From Utricularia gibba (Eukaryota > Plantae > Magnoliophyta): a DNA stretch of 64,000 bases. The DNA lies in NCBI GenBank assembly GCA_002189035.1, contig NEEC01000014.1:1364001-1428000 (forward strand), given 5' to 3'. Every line of letters starts with the position of its first letter. Position 1 is the first letter of the stretch. The position numbers were made by a program, and so were the translations under genes. The notes beneath the pieces are model-generated. The model was not told where the DNA came from. It saw only the letters and a program-made list of their open reading frames with translations, and searched no databases. Below are positions 48,516-60,882 of this stretch, in pieces.

Positions 48516-51500
48516 TTAACCCACCGTCTTGATGAGGAAGGCGGACTCCATGGCTGCCTCCTTGCATTGCAGGTAAGCGTTGTCCTCCACCGGCTCCACC
48601 ATCAGATTAAGGAGCACCGGCCGCCTCGGATCGTAGATGGATCGATCTCTCACCCTCGCCACCCATTTAGCTGCTTCCCACACCCCGAACCTGAACGCAA
48701 ACACCGCAAATGTATCCAATGTGAGGGAGCTGCATCGAGTGGGTTTTGAGGATCATGTGAACTATGCAGATAGGAGCGCAGTTGTTGGAGAGGAGAAACC
48801 TCACCTTGTGTGGAAGGATGATGTGATCATGATGGCGGGGTACAGGCTGCCGTTTCTAATGTTGTCATAGGGAGAGAATTCCCGTATGGCTCGAAAATCT
48901 TCGATGTCATCAGGGTAACCGAATTCCTCGAAGTCGTCGAACGTGAGAGGAAGAAGAGGCCGCATCAGGGTATGTGTTGGATCTAAAAATGGAACCTGGT
49001 TGAGACACAAGGATAGGACTATGTAAGAAATACATGCAAAAAACTGAAGCGGAACCAGGAGCAGGAGAATTAAGATTCTCATCTTGAGGATTTAGTTGGG
49101 ATACTGGATCTGGATAACATGATGCAATGGGAATCAGATCTACCTTCAAAATTGCGGCTCGAAACAGATCCGGATATGTATTAATAGCTGAAGCAACCAA
49201 CAATCCTCCAGCACTGTGTCCCCAAGCAGCCAATTTGTTTTCTTGCACAATCTGTTTCTCAATGAGAAACCTGGCACAGGAGATGTAATCTTTGACAGAA
49301 TTGAGTTTGAGTCTCTGCCTGCCATCATGCCACCATTTTTTGCCCTTGCCACCTCCACCTCTGTAAACAAGTCCAGCGAAAAAGCCATTCAGTTTATAAC
49401 CTCCAAAGGTATGCACAGAATTATACTAAGGTAATGTAATGAACCTGACATCAGAATATGCGATAACCCAGCCACGATCAAGAAGACTTTTTAGCTCATT
49501 TCTCCATCTTTTGTCCAATACTTCACCATAAGCCCCGTGTCCAATAAGTAATCCAGGGCTCTCGCTATCTTTCTTCTTATGGTGAGAATATATTATCGTT
49601 AAAGGAATCAGAACGCCATCCCATGAAGGGACATCGTATGCTTCACATGAATAATAGTCTGAGAGATCATTCCATTCCCTATCCTCTCCACCACTGCTTG
49701 GAGCAGACCTTTTATCACCTCCCAGAATTGATGGTGACCCATATAAAGTTCGTGTTCGTTCATCTAGCAAGTTCTGCTGTTGGGCTATAGTCCATTTACC
49801 GTTCACTAAATCATAATCAACAACAGCATCCGGCATCTGAAATGAAAAACTAGATGGTCTAAGAAAATTATCTTCCAAGGGAAAAAGTCAGTGGTGTGTC
49901 AAATAAGTTTCCAATCCATATGAAAAAGAAATCCTATCTCAAAAATATAACAAGAAACAAAGTCAACTTGTGAAAATTGGAATGCTAACTGATATCGGAA
50001 AAAAAAAAGCGTTCAAGCATTTAATGTCAGGGAAATGAGTTCCTCAAAACAGCCAACGAAATACGCGAAATAATTAACCCACATACCACAGGTGATGATA
50101 TAATAAATCGCATGGTCGGAGAATAGAAATCATAATTTGGTCCAGACCATATGTGAGATACATGATCTGGAAGGGGCAGACTTTGTGGGTTTAAGTCCAT
50201 AAGATGGCCTCCGGCCTGCAAAATCATTTTCATAGAACGCACTGGTTTAAATTAAACATCTTATTGCTGAGGAGGAGAAAACTGTGAAAACCAAACCAAG
50301 AATGTTAAGAAGAAAAGGCAATACCTTGTCATTATTTATAGGTAAAGCAATAGACAAAAGCTCATATTTTCTTCCATTCCTTACTACAAGTACCATGTGG
50401 GAATTACAGAAATCAACATCTTCCATTGTCAACTGGTGGTCAGTTAGAAAGACATTCTGGAGAAAAAAACAAAGAAATACAAGAACATAAGCGAACAGAA
50501 AATGAACACTAAAGGATCATGACATGTTTAAAAGTTGATGTAGTGCGAAAAAATTAATGTACCTCCCACTTCTGAGGGATATCAGAAAATACTTCTGGAC
50601 ACCGCATAAGATAATGATGATCAACTGTTTTGCCCGAGACAGCGGCATCTGTAAAGAGGTAGAGATAACCTTGATGATGCTCAACAACACAGTGGACATT
50701 TGGATCACCTTCCCAAACAAGTCTCAGCCCGGATAAAGGATCATGTGCATTTATAACAGAGACCTAATAACGGTGGACAGAGCCAACCAAACTTTTCTCA
50801 GTAATGATGACACGAATACAATCTGACATATACTTATGACCATACCTTTGAAAACTCAGGTGAGAAAGAATTAACTGTCAAAAGCTGAAAGTCTTTAGTA
50901 TGCCTCAATTTCAGTTGGGCATTTTCATTTGGCTCCTCAAAAAGCAATACATCCTCAACATTTGACCCTAGAAAGCTGCAATAGATCCTAGGAGCAATGA
51001 AAATGTAACATTATTTGCAGCATACAATGGACCCAGCAACAAATTCTAAGGGGTCATTCGGTAGAGCTCAAACCTGTAAGGCCTCATGTTTTGATCTGTG
51101 ACGACATATAGCAATGCTTCCCCATATTTAGCCCAAGCTAGTCCACAAACTCGATGTGCTTGGGGCTTCACACAGAGAGACCCAAAATTCAGGTCTCTCA
51201 CTGACAATTTATAACACTCGTTGTCCTTGTCATACATGGTGTATGCAAGATATCGGTGATCAGGAGAAATTTCTGACAGATCTTCAAATGCATAACCTGC
51301 AGAATATTTGCAACAGAACTCAATGAAATAAGTGTAAGGAAAACATAAAAAAACTACTAAAGCATGCAACCGTTAATTAAATATGATGCCTCCAAATCTC
51401 TCCGCTTCTTGGTTGTAATCAAGGAGCTTTTGCTCAATTTTCTTCCCAGATATAAAATCAAAACCAGCCGAAGGAGATTTATTGGATATAAACTCTTCAT

Positions 51501-52132
51501 GTAAGCTTGCCAATCTCCTGCACAACACGGGGTATTGCTTGCCTTCTTCTACTCGTCTGTAGTACAACCTGATTAACAACACGGAATTCAAATGATCTAG
51601 ACAAGTGACAATTGATGAGGAAGGGACTTCAGTCTTCAAATTAAAAAATGCCCTAAGGGATGTTCGCAGTACGGTAAAAGGCCCTATCATTGCTTAAAAC
51701 AATAAGTTTCGACAGACAGAGGCCACAGAAAACCTAAAATAGCAGAAGCTAGAAAGGTAGAAATAAGCATTACCAAGGTCCCCATCGGAGAGCTGGTGTG
51801 GATAGTTCGCCAAAAAGACTGGATGACATTTCTCCTTGAAGCTTCGCCAAAAGTTTCTCCGAATCATACATAATAGCCTCGGTGTACTTCTCTTCCTGCT
51901 CCATATAAACATCCATATGCCGCATTGCCACCTTATCATTGAGCTGCGACATCCAATTGTACTCATCATCCCACGACTCCCCATGTACACAGAAGCTCAC
52001 GGGCTTCTTTGGAGGTCTTGGCGGAGACGGTGGGGACGGAGGTGGTTGGGGCTTCTGGGGCTTGTAATGTGCACATTGAAGGATAGCAATACGTCGGAGT
52101 CTACCCTTCACGCCAGACAGCAAGTGTCTCAT
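48516..52132 (-). CDS. Prolyl oligopeptidase family S9A (oligopeptidase B-like, At5g66960-type), apparently catalytically incomplete; about 10 exons including one GC-AG intron
   Basis: Organelle-targeting-like N-terminus; KVAMRHMDVYMEQEEKYTEA; WGPW|LYYRRVEEGKQYPVLCRRL; WGHSAGGLL; VPFLDP; SPYDNI; R|FGVWEAAKWVARVR; AAMESAFL. All exons can be spliced in frame. Confidence 0.9.
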
Positions 52133-52469
52133 GGCAGCTACTTTTGTACAGTTCTCTTTTCCGTAGAGGGCATCAGAGATGGTTCAAACTTTCAACCAAA
52201 ACCGCAACTTCAAGATTTCCCAGTCATCTTAAATTTTTACCGGCTGTTTACCTGCTCGGAACAGCTTCCAAATGGAGCAACAGTTACGGAATTACGCTAC
52301 GAGGGGAAGATGAAAAACAGTAGCTTTACGAATTGACAAACTTAGAAAATGGAGGGAAAATTGGGATTAGAGGGGGGAGTAGGGCAGGGAAATTTCTCAA
52401 TTGGCAAGAACCAGAGAACAATCTTCGTTCCTTCAGATTTGAAAGCGTAGAGGCCTCACCTTTAGTGGA

Positions 52470-52591
52470 GGCCCATTAATGATAGCCCAAAATGGGTAAA
52501 TGGCCCGTTTGATAAAAACCTCCGATTGGTTACGGCTCGTTTCAGATCCGTCGGCGGGCCGCAGCACTTTTTATTTATAGGACTAGGGTTT
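52470..52591. promoter_or_regulatory. Ribosomal-protein-type promoter (site II plus telo-box), divergent with the oligopeptidase gene
   Basis: GGCCCA 52470-52475, AGCCCA 52484-52489 and TAGGGTTT (telo-box) 52584-52591. Confidence 0.65.
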
Positions 52592-52860
52592 TTGTTTGGT
52601 TCAGACGGTGGTCGGCCGGCGCTGGTACCGTGGTACGTCTGCTCATGCCTTTAGTTGATTCGAAATGCGTTTCTTTGAGAATGAAACTCAATGCTGTGAT
52701 AATTTGTGGAAGGACTGATGTTGAATCTCTTGCTAATGCACATGTTTCAGCTTCGTATCGTATGAATGTGCCATTTTGAGATTGGTATCTGTAAAATATT
52801 TTTCTAGGTGTTTCACTGAGATTGCCTGCATTTGCCATTGTTTGCTGAATGCAGGGGAAG

Positions 52861-54717
52861 ATGTCGCACAGGAAATTTGAGCATCCAAGGCACGGATCCC
52901 TTGGTTTTCTACCGAGGAAGCGGGCTGCTCGCCATCGTGGAAAGGGTAACGTATTCTGGAAAATGATCCGTTTTCGTTCTTCTTGAATAAGCGCGCTTAA
53001 AGAGAAGGTTTCTTGTCCTAGCGCAAAATAAGAAGATTCATGCTACCAAGAGAACCTGTTTCTGGAATTTTATTTATTTTTCCTATCATTGGTTACGGTA
53101 GCTGGCTGTTAATTGCTTGGGGCTTCCTTTCTGAATTCTTATATAGCCTTGTGTTGTAATTTTTGAATATTGCAGTCAAGGCTTTTCCCAAGGATGATCC
53201 AACCAAGCCCCCCAAGCTGACAGCCTTTTTGGGTTATAAGGCTGGAATGACACACATTGTGAGAGAAGTTGAAAAACCTGGATCAAGTAATTGCTTGGTG
53301 TTTTTGGCATTCGTTCTCCGTTTATGCTGCATTAATTGACTATGTGATGCAAATGGACGCAGAACTTCATAAGAAGGAAACCTGCGAGGCTGTCACTATT
53401 ATTGAAACCCCGCCCATGGTTATTGTTGGCGTTGTTGGATATGTTAAGACACCCCATGGTCTCCGCTGCCTCAATACTGTTTGGGCTCAGCATTTGAGTG
53501 AGGAAGTTAGGAGAAGGTTTTATAAGAACTGGTGCAAATCAAAGAAGAAAGCCTTCACTAAGTATGCAAAGAAAGCAGAAACTGAGGAGGGTAAGAAAGA
53601 TATTCAGTCACAGCTCGAGAAGATGAAGAAGTATGCATCTGTCATCCGCGTATTGGCTCATACCCAGGTAATTGAGTTATTTCTTTTTTAATTTTGATTA
53701 CCTTTCTTTTAACCCTGTTAAGGATGGAAAATTTAAAGCCAATGAAATTTTCGTTTTACTGCTTTTACATGTATTTTTTGGAGATTTAGAATTTATTTGT
53801 TGCTTTGGTTATTGCCATTAGATTCGTAAAGTGAAGGGGCTGAAGCAAAAGAAGGCGCATTTGATGGAGATTCAAGTAAACGGTGGGACTGTTTCCCAAA
53901 AAGTTGACTTTGCCTACAACTTTTTCGAGAAGCAAGTCCCAGTTGATGCTGTCTTCCAGAAAGATGAGATGATTGACATCATTGGTGTAACCAAGGGGAA
54001 AGGCTATGAGGGCGTTGTTACTCGTTGGGGTGTTACTCGTCTTCCTAGGAAAACTCACAGGGGTCTCCGTAAGGTTGCTTGTATTGGTGCTTGGCATCCT
54101 GCCAGAGTGTCGTTCACTGTTGCTAGAGCTGGTCAGAATGGATATCACCATCGAACTGAGATGAATAAGAAGATCTACAAGCTTGGGAAGGCTGGAACTG
54201 AGGAACATACTGGTAGTACTGAGTTTGACAGGTGACTCTACTAGAACTTCTTTGATGTTTAATTTTTCTGTGTTTATTTTTCTGGTGTATGCTACTTTTA
54301 TGCTGAAGCACATACTGCGCTCAATCGTTTATGCTGAAGCACATACTGCGCTCAATCTTGCCATTTTCATGTTATGTCCCCCCAACTGTGATGTTCTCAT
54401 ATTTGGCATCCGAAGTCCTCTGAGCTTACATTTTTTTTTTTTCAAACCAATGTCACAGGACCGAGAAGGATGTTACTCCGATGGGTGGATTCCCACACTA
54501 TGGTATCGTCAAGGACGATTATCTGATGATCAAAGGTGGCTGCGTGGGTCCAAAGAAGAGGGTTATCACTCTCAGGCAGTCCCTCCTGAAGCAAACCTCG
54601 CGTGTTGCCCTGGAAGAGATTAAGCTCAAGTTCATCGACACCTCTTCCAAGTTCGGACATGGGCGGTTCCAGACAACCCAGGAGAAACAAAAGTTCTACG
54701 GCCGGCTCAAGGCCTAA
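52861..54717 (+). CDS. RPL3: 60S ribosomal protein L3 (uL3); multi-exon
   Basis: [21 protein letters not shown]; [21 protein letters not shown]; [12 protein letters not shown] region ([14 protein letters not shown]); MGGFPHYG; KFGHGRFQT. Confidence 0.97.
54297..54357 (+). repeat. Perfect 30-bp tandem duplication (period 31) in an RPL3 intron
   Basis: tttatgctgaagcacatactgcgctcaatc at 54297-54326 and 54328-54357. Confidence 0.92.
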
Positions 54718-55262
54718 AAAGCGTTGGTTGCTTCACCATACAACCAGATGTTCATGCATTTTTCTGATGACTTGGGGGACAACTGTTCACTTTTTATATA
54801 CCAACTTGGCAATGATTTGCTTCTGGATTTCTCTTTTGTACTTTGTCCTTTATCCTCTAGCCTAATGGAGAATCGTTGATCCGAATCTCTCACAAAAGTC
54901 ATGCGCAACTCCGGGAACAGAACTCCATTCAGAAGAATGAGCCCTTGAGCGTCTTCCCAGGTATAGTCATTCCTGATCCAAAGGGTAGTGTTTCCTTCAT
55001 AATGCAGTTCTGCAATGGAAGTTTGCTCAGTGGGGTTCCTCTTAATATTTCATCCTGTTACCACTGAAACAACTTCCTGCTGTGCGCTGTTAAGAACTTG
55101 CAGGTTGCTCAGTAGATGCTGTGTCTGATCCTGCAGTGAACATGCCCTGCATCAGAAAGTTTCAGGCATTTGGCAACATACACACAACACTACAAATCTA
55201 GAATTTGATAAACTCGAAGTGAGCAGAGATGGGCCATAGTCAATGGATGTCTGATCTCTGAA

Positions 55263-55717
55263 TCATCCATCATCTTCACCATTGAGCTCCACCCTTTGAT
55301 CAGCAATGGCTCCAGAGATCATGTCCAACGTGCTCATCAGCATCTTCATCTTCTTGCCAATCCCCTGAAGATCGGACCTTTCCAGCTCAGAATAAACACC
55401 CCACAATTTGATCTCTCCGCAACGCCTCTGAATCCGCCTCCGAATCTCGTCGCCCCCACGCCACCTCAAAGCATACTCTCGATCACGTTCATTACCATCG
55501 AAAAAATACATGCTCCCCGATGGGCACCGAAGTTCCGGCACGGCGGTATAAGGTCTTAATCATCCCCTGAATCCCACTCCTCCGTAGACTCCAGACAGAA
55601 TCCAGAGCACTATTACAAACAAGTCTATTGAGGACACTTCCTGCTGAAAAACAGAAGTTCTCTCCGGTCCAGCTAAGTATATGATAGATTAACGTATACC
55701 ATTGCCACTTCCGCCAT
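55263..55717 (-). other. Unidentified coding-like or degenerate segment between RPL3 and PGSIP
   Basis: ATG in strong context (cacATGG) at 55717; candidate 56/59-nt GT-AG intron 55641/55644-55699; hydrophobic stretch then a stop; a further 92-codon open stretch to 55263. No family recognised. Confidence 0.25.
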
Positions 55718-56206
55718 GTGAGCAAGTTTCAGAGCGCAGATCGGGCCAAATGACCGTGCAAAAAGTGCCCTGAAGCTGAGGTATGAGAGATGGAGGCTTC
55801 CGACGACAGCCCACCGCCTCGGTCCGGGCGTCCAGCCACTCTCGACCCAAACATTGGACAAACGTCTGTGTCTGAAGTTATTACAGCACGTTTTTCTCAC
55901 CTAACACCCCCCATTTTGAGTAAGAAGATACACATCAAGACGAAATTCAAGACACATCTTTTGGATCCAAAGAACTCACTGTGACATATTTACTACCCAT
56001 CTGAACAAAATGCTCCAAATCTAATGAAAAAAAACATGGCTTGGGATTAAAAACCGATGAAGCGACGTTTGGAGCATATGGTAGGCTAAAAGTGGGGAGT
56101 GTTGACTCCTCGTTGCCCATTTATTTTCCCCTCATAAATCCTTGTCTGGGCGGCGTTCAGCCCTTTGACTGCCGTTTTGGGGTAGAACTCCTCCCGATAT
56201 TTCGAA

Positions 56207-58303
56207 ATGGGGAGGAGGAGATTGGGCTTGATTTTGGCTAGGTTTTTCATCGCGAGCTTGGGATTGTTATTTTTGCTATTGGTGTGCACCGCCGCCGCGA
56301 CTGAGGGAGCGATACCGCCGCCCCACAGACACGCGTACGCGACGATGATGTATATGGGTACTCCCAGGGATTACGAGTACTACGTGGCGACGCGCGTGAT
56401 GCTCCGATCACTCCGGCAGCTCCAAGTCGCTGCGGATCTCGTCGTCATTGCCTCCGTCGACGTCCCCCGCCGTTGGATCCGCGCCCTGTAAGTCTTCAGT
56501 AACGACGACTTTTCCATGTGGCCTATTTACTTTTTTTCACTTAGTTAAAAAAAAAATCATAAAATTGTATGCATACGCTTTTTTTTATTTTTTAAAATTA
56601 AATCCACCGGTAAATATTATTTACCGGGTCGGTTTTGAGCCGATAAAAAGTCCACATACATTGGATACATCCTCATTATTGTTTAAATAATTACATACTT
56701 GCAATAATTGACATAAAATGTCACTGATTTGCAATTTTTATATTTAATAAATAGGCCCGGGTCCACTCTAACACATTTGTGTAATGACTGAAATGGGCCT
56801 GGATTAAGACCTCGGGTCGGGTTTGTAAAGAATGTTTTTTTTAATGTAAAAATTTGAAAAAAAATTGAATCTGAGAAATTTGGTGCAGGGAGGAAGAAGA
56901 TGGAGCAAAGGTGACGAGGGTTGAGAACTTTGATAATCCTTACAGCGTTCAATCCAATTTCGATTCCAGATTCAAATTGACGTTGAATAAGCTCTATGCT
57001 TGGAAGCTTGTACAGTATGACCGCGTCATTATGCTCGACGCGGACAACCTCTTCCTCCGTCGCGTCGACGAGTTATTCGGATGCGGTGAATTTTGCGCGG
57101 TTTTTATCAATCCGTGTATTTTCCACACTGGGCTGTTCGTTTTGCAGGTGGGGTTTCATTGAATTTTGATATGATGGTTGAGTGTGGATTTTGAGGGGTA
57201 ATTGTTTGTTCATACAGCCGTCCATGGCGGTTTTCAATGATATGGTTCATGAGTTGAGAATGGGTATGAGCAACCCTGATGGGGCGGATCAAGGTTTTAT
57301 CGGAGGATATTTTCCTGATTTACTTTATCGCCCGATGTTCCATCCTTCCAGTAACGGGACCAAGCTTAACGGAACTTTCAGATTGCCTCTGGGGTATCAG
57401 ATGGATGCTTCATATTATTGTGAGAAGCTGTTTTCTTGATCGCATTCGCTATTCATATTTTCTTCCATGTTTATTCGAACTTGTTGTTGCTTAGATTTGA
57501 AGCTTCGTTGGAATGTGCCTTGTGGGCCGAATAGCGTCATCACATTCCCTGGTGCTCCATGGTTGAAACCTTGGTACTGGTGGTCATGGCCTGTGCTTCC
57601 TTTAGGTCTCCAATGGCATGGAAAACGCTTGCATAACCTTGGGTGAGCTTCCCAGCTTCATAACACAGGCCCATATCTTTTGATTGGATTCGGTGAATCC
57701 TGATTGATCTAGAGGAATTGAGAAGAAGAATCAGTGTACATAAATAATGAATTTACATGTTCCACCCCCCTAATCAATCAAATCCTTGTTCATTTTGCTC
57801 TCAGGTATAGCGGAGAAATGTCTCTCGTCTGGCTTGCGGCTATCTTCTACATCATAATGCTAGTGATCTCACACCTGTCAAGGCGAGATTTCTCAAGGTG
57901 GTGGCGCCGTAGAGACGAGATGAGCACGACATGTTTGCAAGCAGGTTTCAAGCTATTATCCATCTGTTCCATCCTTGCAGCCTACACCCTCCCCTTCTTC
58001 CTAACTCCTCGCACCATCCATCCTCTCATTGGCTGGAGTCTTTATCTCCTGGGAGCCCTATCCCTCTGCACCAACGCTGCAAATGCTCTTCAGCTCCCAT
58101 TACATCTGATCCTCTTGCCGTGGCTGGCGATTCTGGGGTGTCTGCTAGTGATGGCATTCCCATGGTACCGCGACGGAGTTGTGAGAGCCTTGTCCGTCTT
58201 TGCTTACGGTTGCTTCTGCACGCCGCTGCTGTGGAAAACATTGGTCAGAGTAGTGTTTCCGCCGCAGGTTTCCTTCAAAAATAGGCTTCCATGCTCCGAT
58301 TAG
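56207..58303 (+). CDS. PGSIP8: GT8 glycogenin-like putative glucuronosyltransferase (PGSIP7/PGSIP8 type); 5 exons
   Basis: Signal anchor; AYATMMYMGTPRDYEYYVATRV; TLNKLYAW..DRVIMLDADNLFL (DxD); FINPCIFHTGLFVLQ|PS; DGADQGF; KPWYWWSWPVLPLG; multi-TM C-terminus. Confidence 0.9.
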
Positions 58304-59170
58304 CCGGAGAGACATGGCTCGTCTCTTTGGTGGAAGAGGAGACATGGGCTGAGGTAAATGGTCTATTTAGAAGAGGGGCCACCTCGTGTGTTAAAAAATT
58401 ATCAACTTTAATATTAATTTTTTACTTTAATGTTTAATGGATGAATTATGGAAAATTAATTTTATAAATAACCTATAGATAAACCTATGTTCATGTAATG
58501 TAATCTCACATAGGGATGAGAAATTGGACATTAACATGATTTGCTTGGAGCGAGCTTTTAAATGGTATGTTATATGTATTTAGAATAATCACAGTTTATA
58601 AGATATTATAATATTTTTGTTGTATTCATCATGAGGGCATTTCTTAAGAATGTGTTACATAAATAAATTATATCAGAGATAAAAGATGCTATATATAAAA
58701 AAGATATATGATAGTATTATTTTATCTCAATTCCTCTCTTCTTATTATTTTATTTCATATTTATGGTATAATTTATATTAAATATAATTTATACTATTTA
58801 TCAAATATCTTATTTTTCTTTTTCCATTTAATTATTACTCTTTATAATTTCTACCAAACACACTCTAAAGGTTAATAGAAGATCATACTTTAAATATAAT
58901 TTTGATAAGACAATTTGATTTTTATTGGACAGACTTGCTTTTCATGAATCAATATGATTTGACTTAGAATGAACTTCAAAAGTGTATGCTTTGTGCAACG
59001 ATAATCATCATTTTTTATAAGATATCGTAATATTTATGTCATACTCATTAAGTATTCTCCGAAAACTAATATAATACCATTCTTTGAGCTTCAAAATGAT
59101 ATATTGTGTATAACGAGAATAATCAAGGTTGTAATAAACTAATCATCATTAATAAGATATACTATTGCCG

Positions 59171-59246
59171 TGGGCCAGTGTTGAGATATCCAAACAAAGG
59201 AACGCCAATGGGCCAGAATTAATGGATCGTCTTTACAAAAAGCCCA
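59171..59246. promoter_or_regulatory. TGGGC-core (site II / proteasome PRCE-like) elements upstream of the proteasome beta-3 gene
   Basis: TGGGCC at 59171 and 59209, AGCCCA at 59241. Confidence 0.5.
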
Positions 59247-59389
59247 ATAAGGGAAATGAACAAGCTGACCCGACCCGGCTTTTGTTGTTCTGTGTGAAGT
59301 TGTCCCTTCCGCAAGCCAGAGCACCGAGAAAAATACCATCGACAGAGGGCTTCGAATTTCGGAAGAGTTTATTTTCTCCCAGCGTCTAG

Positions 59390-60882
59390 ATGTCTGTAAG
59401 TGACGTATTTTCTGTTTTCTTCTTGCTGATGTAGCGATCTCCTTGGGTCGTCATGATTTATTGGTTTTTGAACCCTTCGAATAGCTTGATTTTGGGGAAA
59501 TTGAACTTGAAGTTTTTTCTTTAGATCTTCGAGTATAATGGGAGTGCAATGGTGGCGATGGTGGGAAAGAATTGCTTCGCAATAGCAAGCGACCGGCGGC
59601 TGGGTGTGCAGCTGCAGACCATTGCTACTGACTTTCAGAAGATTTACAGAATCCACGATAAGCTCTTTATCGGTCTTTCGGGCCTTGCTACTGATGCGCA
59701 GACCCTGTAATTCGAATCTGCTTATTTAATTTACATTTTTTGTGCATTTTCTTGCTATTGGATGTTTAAATGTTATGCCTTTTCGGTGTCACTGTGTATG
59801 TCTTATCTGAATGCCCCACAATTTTGGGTTGAATCTTGTTGGCAGTTGAACTTTCTAAAACCATATGCGAAGTTATGCTTTTTCCATGTGCGTTCTTCGT
59901 TATTATGCTTTGTTTGGAGATTCAGAGTAATGCATATGTCTCTATATTGTCTAATTCATTTGAACTTGATGTTTATTTAGTTATCAGAGACTTGTGTTCC
60001 GACACAAACTATATGAGCTGAGGGAAGAGAGGGATATGAAACCTGAAACTTTCGCAAGCCTTGTGTCTGCACTTCTTTATGAGAAAAGGTGCGTGAGAGT
60101 TTTTGCAAAATGCATAAAATTTCTGAAATGATATTGTGCTATCGCTTGAGCAATAAATATATGCTTGTTCTGTTTCGTTTTCGGGTGTTCAGATTTGGTC
60201 CATACTTTTGCCAACCCGTCATCGCTGGATTGGGTGATGATGACAAGCCCTTCATTTGCACTATGGACTCGATTGGGGCCAAGTAAGCGAGCAATGATTT
60301 GTGAGTATTTGTCATGGTTTCTTCTCCTTAGCATTTTAGGTTTTGATTTTTTATTGCAGAGAACTTGCCAAAGATTTTGTTGTTGCTGGAACAGCATCTG
60401 AATCCCTGTACGGTGCCTGTGAATCAATGTTCAAGCCTGATATGGTTAGTAGTTTTGCTCGGCACTGTATGTGTATAGAATGACAATGATACATGAGCCC
60501 ATGTTGTCCCTTACCTACTGAGTTTAGTTTTATTCGACTCCAAAGATAAAAAAAAAAAAACATCATCAGTGTCTCACTCGTTGTGATATACTTTCCCATC
60601 CCGTTTCCCTCAACAAGTAACTTGTCATTCTTGATGATCCAGGAACCAGAGGAATTGTTCGAAACCATCTCGCAGGCCCTCCTATCTTCAGTCGACCGTG
60701 ATTGCTTGAGTGGCTGGGGAGGACATGTCTATCTCGTGTAAGTGGAACTCCCCTTTTCACTTCTTGTACCCATTCTAAAAGATTCATGAACTTCATTGCC
60801 ATTCATCTCTGTTTGTTGATGTGGCTCTTACAGCACGGCTACAGAAGTCACTGAGAGAGTCCTTAAAGGAAGGATGGACTGA
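59390..60882 (+). CDS. PBC1: 20S proteasome subunit beta type-3; multi-exon with a 6-nt first coding exon
   Basis: ATG TCT|gtaagt spliced to [37 protein letters not shown]; R|[13 protein letters not shown]; [10 protein letters not shown]; ends LKGRMD* at 60882. Confidence 0.95.

Noticed and set aside
54714-55050. About 110-codon open frame antisense to the RPL3 3' region
   Set aside because: No ATG start, no recognisable motif, and it overlaps the expected RPL3 3'UTR.
778-58303. Cell-wall or glycan biosynthetic gene cluster (CDI, GT4, NRS/ER pseudogene, PGSIP8)
   Set aside because: The genes are scattered over 57 kb among unrelated housekeeping genes, and glycosyltransferases are common enough for this to be chance.
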